This document shows, piece by piece, positions 54,965-64,000 of a stretch of 64,000 nt of DNA. Where the stretch lies: positions 19,654,001 through 19,718,000 of the forward strand of contig NC_088858.1 in the NCBI RefSeq assembly GCF_963853765.1. Reading direction: 5' to 3'. The notes beneath the pieces are model-generated. The model searched no databases. It worked only from the letters and a program-made list of their open reading frames with translations, and was not told the DNA's origin. The DNA comes from Magallana gigas (taxonomy: Eukaryota). The number at the start of each line of letters is the position of its first letter. Positions within the stretch are counted from its first letter, which is position 1. A program made the position numbers and the translations under genes.

Positions 54965-55458
54965 TTAAGCAAGTGAATGAAAAGTGAGCAAGTTCACATA
55001 AACCACGCTCTACAATTACTTGACAATGCTGAATGGCAGCTAGGGTATGCGTTAAATACAAAAATAATTTGTATCAACGAGCATAACTTCCCCCAAAATA
55101 TTATTACGTCAAAACTTCCTGCAAATGCCCATCCGTTGTCTTTATTAACAACAAACTTCAAAATTCAAAAGTGTCAAAATTAGCAGAAAAAATAATGGAA
55201 TCGGAATTTCCTGGCAATACGCACATTTACCTATTTATAGCTTCACAATATTCTTTGCAGCTGATAAAGAGGAGTTGCGTCAAAACTTCCTGCAAATGCC
55301 CATCCGTTGTCTTTATTAACAACAAACTTCAAAATTCATAAGTGTCAAAATTAGCAGAAAAAATAATGGAATCGGAATTTCCTGGCTATACGCACATTTA
55401 CCTATATATAGCTTCATAATATTCTTTGCAGCTGATTAAGAGGAGTTGCGTTGATTGA

Positions 55459-55517
<59 letters not shown>

Positions 55518-55595
55518 AGACTGACGGACGGACGGACGGGTCAGGTAAAAAACATTATATCCCTCGATCAAAACTTGTTGCAAGGGGTATAATAA
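54965..55595 (+). mobile_element. HINE/Helentron-type element with internal 171-bp tandem repeat and (AAAT)n
   Basis: Two near-identical units start at 55107 and 55278. They are followed by (AAAT)n at about 55459-55516, (GGAC)n, and a terminal atatccct...aggggtataat hairpin. Confidence 0.8.
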
Positions 55596-56043
55596 TTATA
55601 AGGGATACCTTGCTGAATTTACTATCCCTTGCTGAATTTACAGACCAAATTTACTAGCTGTTTGTAAGAAATAACACTTTTTAAAATAAATTTTAAAAAA
55701 TACGACTAAGTATACACTAAAAGTGAGACATAAAACATTTAAAGTATATTTCTTTTATACAGAAACATTAGCTGTACAGATCCATGATAACTTTGTAGTC
55801 ATATATACCACGAAAACCGATCACGTGATTAAACTTTCAGGGTTCCAATGGATGACAAAGATAAGAAATATATATGGCAATCCACTCAGATATTCAGAAT
55901 ATTATTTCATATTTCTAGAATTGGACAGATATAGAGCGAAAGACATTCTATTTTTCCCCCGTCCACTCCACCGTAGTTCTGACCCGATTTATAATGAGGG
56001 TAACGATCTGTCCGATTTCACACAAACTTGCAGTCCATCCACC

Positions 56044-58359
56044 ATGAAGGTATAGTATTTCAGCATATGGTCAAAGACTCCACCAATATTATTGTGTCTA
56101 GCTATGATATGATATTGTTTTACATTTGTTTCTAATTATAGTTTTAAAATTTATTTTTTTATTGTAAATTTGTAATTAGATTAAAGAATGATTTAACTCA
56201 TTAATCTTAATTTTTTTCAACGATCTACATAATTTTGTATTTTTATCAATGGAAATAAAACAATTTGTTGCATATATCAAGTCAGATGCAAGTTAGAACA
56301 ATAACATCTTATTTAATACTAAAGGTTCCGGTATGTAGTTATTTAAAAATTCTTTATACAATATTAAAATATGAATATAAAACTGAAATAAAAGTACTTG
56401 ATGCAACTTTTATTAAAACAATCTGGAAAAAAAATTCTGAGCAATCAGCCGAAGTATTTTAAAATTTTGGCGACACGTTCACTTTAGGGTACAGCGTTCG
56501 TTATCTGCGGACTTCTGCTGACTGAGGCCTTCGCGGTCAGCCTTTTAAACCAGACCCCGGTAAACACCCACCAGAGAACCCCCAGCTATTTCCGTCAGAT
56601 AACTAATGTCTCCCCCCAGGCAGTTAAGGTAGGCGTGGACCTCTGCCCAACATGCATCCAATTTACTGGTCAAGCCATTGACATGCTTCTGAACATCATT
56701 CTCCGTAAGTCAACAAAAATAGCAAATTTTGGAATACCAAACTTGCAGGATTTTTTCTTTCGGATTGATTCGGATTTTTTTTCGGATTGATACGTCCCTC
56801 ATTGTGACGATATCTACGATGACCGTTTTTATATTTATTGGGTACATACTACATAACGATGTCATCTACGATTACATTTGGTTACAGAATCCGGTGTTAT
56901 TGGTTCTTGTGGAGCTCTCTGCAGCGCTCTTGCCCAGAAAACCGGAAGTCAGGCTCTAGGTGCCGTCTGCAACATCTTGTGTGACGTTGTAGGGGTAGAA
57001 GAATTCATCAAACTTATCCAAAAGTAAGCACATATTTCTCGTTGTTAAATCCATCGGAAACATTTCCAACCAATACCATTTGTTTAACATCGTGTATAGC
57101 ACTTTTTCTGATCTGACTGCATTTTTTTTCTCTTTTTTTCACATTTTTTTAAAGAGCTGATCTTGACCCAATCTATTTTTGCGAGCTCCTGAAAACATGC
57201 CCTATTAAGGATGACGGAGATGCCAAAATCACATCATTTACTGTTAGCCCCCAATCTGGACCCCAGGGTAGAGTATTGTCATTCCTGTGGGTATTTTTAA
57301 GAAATAAGATATCAGTTTTGGATGTATATCGGGATATAAATACGGATTGGTCACGTGATCAAATCCTATAAAGCCCGAAGGATGTTCCAGACTAACCAAT
57401 CGAACACTTTCCTTGAATTCAAAATAAAGTTATTACCATAGAGGATAATTGATGCACATGCGTATTGTCATAATGAGTAAATGAATTTTTTTGTCATAAT
57501 CAGGAACTTTTAATTTGGATCTCGAATTCGATTCTAAAAATGGCACCGGTACGGGTGAACTCATTTTAGAGTGCGAAACTGTTGACCATCTTCCTGTCAG
57601 TAAGTGAAAATGATCACTGCATTAATTGTAAATATGAAATTTCATCCACTATTTCGAATTTAGGAATGGTTTTAAACGTGTTTCTAATTTTTGTATGGCA
57701 TTGCTTTCATTTAAATAGGCGGAGGGTTTATCACAGAAGCCCAGCCTGCAGGGCAATACTCCAAGCAGTTCAACCTTAAAGCTGAACCGGATCCGAACTG
57801 CGACCCCTCACAGGGGCCATGTGAACAGTGGCTGCCTGGAAATTACAATGTGAAAATATGTAAGAAAAATACATCATTTGTCCTAGACCTAAATTCGGTT
57901 TGTCATAGATAACGGACAGAAATGGTCATAAATATACTGTATGCAAGAATTTGGAAAGATTCGCGATATAAAGCTGATAACATTTGTAACCTTTGTATGG
58001 TATTACCGTGTTATATCTCTGTATATTGTATATATATCTTATCTGGTCAGATATATACTAACTCGGTCACGAAAGTCACTTAATTCTCAAGTAACAGAGC
58101 CAGACTTGTTTTCATCTTTATCATCAAAATTTTTATTTATTAATTAATCAGTATAAATTGAATTTATGCGTACGTTTACTGTTCATAAGTCCCGTACGCT
58201 GTTTTATAGATCTGCATATTGTTAAAATATATATACAAAAGTGAACATTTATTTTTATCATCTATTTCTTCAGATATCTGCAATGGTGAATGCGGAAGCA
58301 AGCATCCTCACAGTCAAATTTACGACACAGCCCAAACCAGCTTCACAATTACTCAGTAG
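56044..58359 (+). CDS. Countin-like secreted protein: saposin-like domain plus C-terminal beta-rich domain (about 264 aa)
   Basis: Exons 56044-56049 (ccaccATGAAG|gt), 56488-56704, 56888-57023, 57155-57267, 57504-57599, 57719-57859 and 58274-58359 splice in frame (795 nt). Signal peptide MKGTAFVICGLLLTEAFA, then DLCPTCIQFTGQAIDMLLNIILQSGVIGSCGALC..VCNILCDVVGVEEFIKLIQKADLDPIYFCELLKTC, which matches the countin saposin pattern. Confidence 0.88.
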
Positions 58360-58675
58360 ATAACAACTTCATCGGAACAGCTTCATCTTGTGTTGTGATC
58401 ATTTCAATTTATTTGAGTTTTACCTCCATTAAAGCATTTATGTTTTTTCGGAGGTTTTGTTTATTTATGGATGATGATTTTATAATGTTTCCGGGGGAGA
58501 GCATAAAACAGTACATCAATGACTAGAAAAAAATGCGAATCCTTCTCTCACACGCAGGGCTCTATAAAATCACCCCGCCTACAAAAAAATCATAATGAGA
58601 TAATAATTTTAATGAGACTTCTGATGTAAAATAAAATTAACTGTTAATACAGAATCAAACGTTTGTAAAAACTCA

Positions 58676-59926
58676 TTAAAAATCAAAATGCTTCGGTAAA
58701 ACTAAAGATTCTACGAGTCTGTTCGCAAGTCTTCTGAACCAAGAGCAATGCTTTAAAAGGAAAACGGACAACTTTAAATATAAAACACGGCAAGTGTCAA
58801 AAAAGCTTAGATCATGACGTCTTTTCTTGTTTGCCATATCTAACGAAAAACCAATGACAGATTCCGGTGTATAAACCCTACAAAAGGACAAAAGGCAAAG
58901 TCCATCTGTAAATGCCTTTGCCATGGAATGAAAGTGTTTCGGCGGGTTAAAAAGCGCGGGGTACACAATTTCGTTTTCGACTTGTTTGCAAATTCGATAT
59001 GCATCGTCTAGTCCGTGAATGCATATGTTATTATCATCGTCTATTCCTGAAAAGAAACCAACCCATCTCCAAAAGTAAACAAAGTCTTCCAAGTCAGATT
59101 TAGAGCCTTGAAGTCCAAGTTCTTCTGGGTACAATATTATAAATCCCACAAAACCCGCCTGTACTAGGCTCATGTCGTATTGCGTAAAATGTCGACCGTC
59201 AGTGTTAGCTTCCACCATACGGTCTCTAACACTTTTGTGCATGCTGTGAACCTTCCTAATGGATTTCCTGGCTAAAGACAACGGGTCCAAGATATCACCG
59301 TAATGCCAAAGAGCCACGTGACGCACTGTGTCTAAATATCGTTTTAGCGATTTCTTGGGTGTGTTCGATTTGTTGGTAAACACTAACGGTTCCAAGAGGT
59401 TTACCACGCTAAACCCTGAGACAAGTGAGCACAACATTGCTACAACGCAAATGGCTACATTATTTTGGAAGTATTTTCTTCCGTTGTTGAACTTGTCAAT
59501 GTCAATTTCGGAAGGGCTGTCTGTAAGAACAGGAAAAGGTCCTATGTCTTTGGAACTTCCGCTACGTAACTGCTTTAGACGGTCTTCAGGCATACTTGAG
59601 CCAGTCCTAAAAGAAAACAACAACAACAACAACTGAATAATATAAAAAAAATCAATATTTTTTTTTTAATAAAAAAGATCATCCACATTGCGGTCCGTCA
59701 ACCATAATTTTTCGTGAAGCTACATTTCTGCAGGTATATATGCGAGATAAAGAGTTATAGAGTCATATCTTAGTCATAACAACAACAGCGATAACAACGC
59801 AAGCATGTAATTACTGCATGGTAATAGTAAATCAACAAATGTTTGATTTGTTTTCTATCATTCTAAATTTAATGGAAAATATAAGGGACGGAATCTCACG
59901 GAGGGACATAAGGCATACCTTGTCAT
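58676..59926 (-). CDS. ER-bound oxygenase MpaB/rubber-oxygenase (DUF2236)-like heme protein (about 312 aa)
   Basis: Micro coding exon 59926-59919 (ATGACAAG|gt) plus 59606-58676. Family motifs LVFT.KS.TP....KRYL.T, IRKVHSMHKSV (putative heme His), TQYDMSLVQAGF and FVYFWRWVGFFSGIDD..NIC. Confidence 0.85.
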
Positions 59927-60155
59927 TCAGTCTTTACTCAACAACGTTTTGACGAGCAATTGATCCCTGGTGAAAGGGGTGGGTCCGAGGATTAGCGAAG
60001 TTGATAGATCATAAACGAACTACATTTATCGGACATGGGTTGACATACACCTATATGTATTAATTATGGATGTATATACGTCCCTGATTATTTGTTGTAT
60101 TTTATGAGATGGTAATAAGAAGCATTAAAATAAATCGTGGCCCTAAAAAAAAAAG

Positions 60156-60616
60156 TCTGTCCCAAGATATTTTGGATTCACGTTTGGACGATTTTTAATA
60201 AAAATACACTTACCTGTGAAAGAAGTGCAATTGAAATAGTTGAAAGGGATATTTTCCAAGATAATTTCATTGACACATTATCATCTTTCACTCGGAAAAA
60301 TTCACAGGAACGAAAACAGATTCCTTACGGAGATTTATAATGGGGAATGTTTACATCTTTTCTCCATTCGGAATACACTCGGAATACATCGCGCAATATT
60401 TCAACGTTATCATCCGGGCTTGCTGCAATGCAAAATCTCCGTAGACATCACATTTTTTAGCATTGTATTGAAACCTGATAAGCTAACAGGGGCGTTTTGA
60501 CTGAGAAATCTTGGAAATTTTTCATACTTTTGAATGAACATCGTTTGGATCCTGAGGTATTTATAAATATCAAACAATTAAGCCAAACGTGAATCCAAAA
60601 TATCTTGGGACAGAGT
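60156..60616. mobile_element. MITE with about 31-bp TIR, probably Tc1/mariner
   Basis: ctgtcccaagatattttggattcacgtttgg (60157) is inverted at ccaaacgtgaatccaaaatatcttgggacag (about 60583-60613). The right end is followed by agTA. Confidence 0.8.
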
Positions 60617-60789
60617 ATAACAAATCATTGGAACTTTGTTAACTTGAATAAGTGTTGCTGATTGTTTACATACCTCTTTAGGACATATGAACGGTGTGTA
60701 TACTTACGCATCAGTAGCTGATATATATATATATATATTTACTGGCTATGAGGACGATAACAAGTTTATTGTCCCCCGAGACAGCGACT

Positions 60790-61020
60790 ATTTCAAACAC
60801 GAATTTAAAAATCATTTAAAAGATTTTTTAAAATCGTATAAACTATTTCCGAAATCGTACAAACGAATTTATAATTCGTACGAACGAATTTCCTAATCGT
60901 TCAAACGATTTTCTAAATCGTTTTAAAGATTAAAAATCGTTTTAACAATTTATAAAAACCTCACAAACGAATTTATTTTTTATTCTGCCCATTTGAAACG
61001 GCACTTATACGCCATCGTAG
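60790..61020. repeat. Short-period degenerate repeat array (aaatcgt/aaacgaatt) ending in a transposon-like terminus
   Basis: Many aaatcgt.caaacgaatt units ending ggcacttatacgccatcgta. Confidence 0.55.
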
Positions 61021-64000
61021 AAAATGAATCAAACTTGCGATTTCCTCATTTTCGATGCTAAAGAAAATATCCAATAGATACATGACGCAAAATATTCGCG
61101 AACAAACACAAATTTTCATCTTCGGTCGCAAAATTTTCGAATTTAAATTATTTTTTGCTACAGACATGAGCTTGTTCTTCTATTTATTATTCACGTTCCA
61201 GAATAAACTATACAAAATATCAGGGGTGATCTCAAAAGTCAATTTTAAGGCAAACATCTTTTTCATTCGCCAGTGTTGTAACTTACAGGGACTTCTTGTG
61301 TTTTAGTGCTACCACTTGATAAACGTCCTTTATATAATATATAGATATATATTTGATAGATCTTCAATATAAGTCTACATGACAGTCTAAATGGTCTATC
61401 AGCACTTCTATAAAATTATTTCATACATAATTATATCAGACAAAGTAGCGTCATACAATATATAGTATACATTGTTTAACGCTACTTTGTCTACATATTA
61501 ATAGATGCTAAAGCATTTGATCTCATATTTATTATCTATTTACTCCACTAAAATACAAACAATGCTGACCGTATGTTACACAACGTAGTGGAATTCAGCC
61601 ATTGTTTCGAATTTTTAGTCTGGTAAATATTTCCTTAGTTTTAAAGTATATAGCATGTTATATCAATTAACAGATGAGAAACCTACCTATATCTGACAAA
61701 TAAACGAAATAAATATCATGACACCAAATGCTCTTGAAAATAAACAACCGGTTCCCCCTTCATATCCGGGCCCTTTGTTCGAAACTAATAATCTACCACC
61801 TTGGGAACGGGAACATGTTAGAGTGTACATTATGATTATCTACTGTAATGTTTATGTGGAATTTGTGGCATAAGGTAAGAACAAATATAATCACTGGGTT
61901 CATTCTTATTAGATTAAGAACATGTCAATATCTGATTTATTTTTAATGAGTCGATTGCAAAATTTTGTTTATTATCGCAGCCATATTACCCATCCCCTGG
62001 CAGTAGTAAAAAATAAAAAAAAATGTTTAGTATTTAAAAACGAGAAAGCATATTTATTTTCAAGTGTTAATTGTGATATCAATGTCTTTGTGATTTCTTT
62101 TTTCGTATGCTTCAAAACTAATGTTATCCCGGCGTCTACAAAATATATTGACTTATATATATATCAGTGCTTGGTATAAATAGTGAAGAGATTGACATTA
62201 GATACAGTAACACTTCACTTAAGTTTGGTAGAGTGTTTGTTGTCATTTCCTGCTCAATATTGTTCAAATGTAGTATGTAGTAGACAAGCCCTGTAAAATA
62301 GCGGATCTGAGGTAGGGTGTCTTCACATGTACATGTAAAAGGGAAAAAAAAGCACATTATTGATACACTCCTTATCAGTTAAACGACATTTCCTTTTGAC
62401 TGAGTAGTGTATTGTTATCATATTGCTTGTATTTTGTCTAATGTTAATAACTTAATATGTATAATGAAATGTCATATATTTTTTGAATGTTGACTCTTAC
62501 ATATCCTTTATCTGTAATACATTTACATTACCTGCCGGCATTTACAGAGACCACTATAGATATATGATAAAGAGGTAACATGAGGACATTATCCAGTGGA
62601 TGTAGAAAGGGTATTGAGTCTTCTATGTTCTCTATAAATCAAATTAGACTTTTAGATTGCCCAAAACTACAAGTTGAACACATTGTGTAGAATCAGTACG
62701 ATCAGTGGTACATGGAATAAATTAAGAACTTGTATCTTCATAAACTTGAAATGGATTAGTTTGTTTTTTGTGACGATAACACGTGTGCAGGTTATTTAAC
62801 AAAACACTTTTATTTAGTTCAGATGTTTGTGAAAATGCTTCTAGTTGTACACATATGAATAGATTCATATGTTCAAATTGGCCTCTCTAGTAGCTAATGA
62901 ACTAAAGAGACAAAAAAAACCTCATTTTAAGTTTATAGCACCAGTTTACATTTTAGCTTCATCTCAGTTACAATTGTTTAAAACTGCACTGTTGAGAATT
63001 TGCGATGTCAAGCTTGCAGTTTTATGTTAAAAGAAATAATTGCCACGATTTAAATTGATTAAGAGAGATATTTACCAATTAAATGTCTTAAAGGAATTAC
63101 GAAATGTCCTTTGTTACATGTAAATGAAATAAGAGTCATGACTACAGTAACCTGCAAATACTTTGAAATACTTTTTTTGTTATGACGAAATCAGGGATTA
63201 GGTATTTCGAAATGTAACTGTAAACATGAAGTGACTAAAGGGAGCTTTGATAGAAACCAGGTTTGATTTATATAAAACATAAAACTTGGGAGGAAATACA
63301 AACTAAAAGAATACAGAACGGAATCTTTGGCCTCATGGTTGGTCATCTCAGTCGAAATCAAAATCAAGTTGACTGCTATTTTGGGATACAACTACAAGTT
63401 AAATTTATATATTGTTTAAGTTAACTTGAATACGAGTGCCATGGGGCAGGGTACTAGATAACTTGATGCACTAGTTCGAAGTACTGTTTACGGGAATGGT
63501 CCCTTTTGATTGATCGCACAATTATACAAATACGTATGATAATTGTCCGACTAGCTGTCTTACATAGAGGAGACACATGTCTGCTGTCTGTCTTTAAGAT
63601 ACTTTTCTTCAATCTTTGTCCAAGAATCTTATTGATCCAAAGCAAGCATAATGTTGAAGGTGGGGAAAACTCTCTTAAGAAATGATGAGACACATGGTAT
63701 CCATTAACCAGCGTATAAAACAATGAGGATTCCTTGGGAAATGTTTATGGTAGATGTATCATTGTTGTATATTGTCTTGGAAGACCTACTGGTGTACATG
63801 TTGGAAGTTCAATTAACGTGCAGACAAAGCAAGCAAATGCCAATTATTCTTTTTTATATGGTACTTGTCATTTTTTGCTGTACGTGGCCTGAAGTTGCTA
63901 TGGTGCAGATAATTAGCACCAAAACAAGACACAGATATAGTAAAGCATTTATAAATACTATTTAATGCCCTCAGGGATGTGGAAGGAGGAGTGGAGGAGC

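Noticed and set aside
55107-55516. CRISPR-like array
   Set aside because: These are contiguous tandem units and microsatellite with no unique spacers, in a eukaryotic context with no cas genes.
63454-63965. Back-to-back ORFs of 89 aa (minus) and 80 aa (plus) at the window end
   Set aside because: All six frames contain stops and I recognise no domain. This may be UTR or a decayed element and needs the neighbouring window.

Overview
Eukaryotic, intron-rich genomic DNA, roughly two-thirds AT. The repeat families suggest a bivalve mollusc, most likely an oyster (Crassostrea/Magallana type); this is inference from repeat style. Splicing the exons by hand gives 11 protein-coding loci. In order: TTC13 (minus, 3' end outside the window), a peripherin/RDS-type tetraspanin (plus), a four-sushi PY-motif membrane protein like SUSD4/SUSD6 (minus), B4GAT1 (plus), ADCK1 (minus), SNW1 (plus), an intronless orphan coiled-coil ORF (plus), a divergent Rab1 paralog (plus), a divergent NSL1 (minus), a countin-like saposin protein (plus) and a DUF2236/MpaB-type heme oxygenase (minus). 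NSL1 and the countin-like gene are essentially absent from the supplied ORF track. Introns and intergenic DNA hold many non-autonomous elements: TA-flanked Tc1/mariner MITEs, TTAA-flanked Kolobok-like MITEs (some carrying tRNA-like cassettes), CAG-terminated elements with 5-bp target duplications, and Helentron/HINE-type elements. The most interesting observations are the countin-like gene beside the oxygenase, the duplicated 48-nt tail exons of the tetraspanin, strong enrichment of TACATGTA and TACCGGTA (possible excision footprints), loopless palindromes, and apparent conservation of the ADCK1-SNW1 head-to-head pair with vertebrates. There is no CRISPR array, rRNA or convincing functional tRNA. 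Protein identities rest on remembered motifs, not on database searches.
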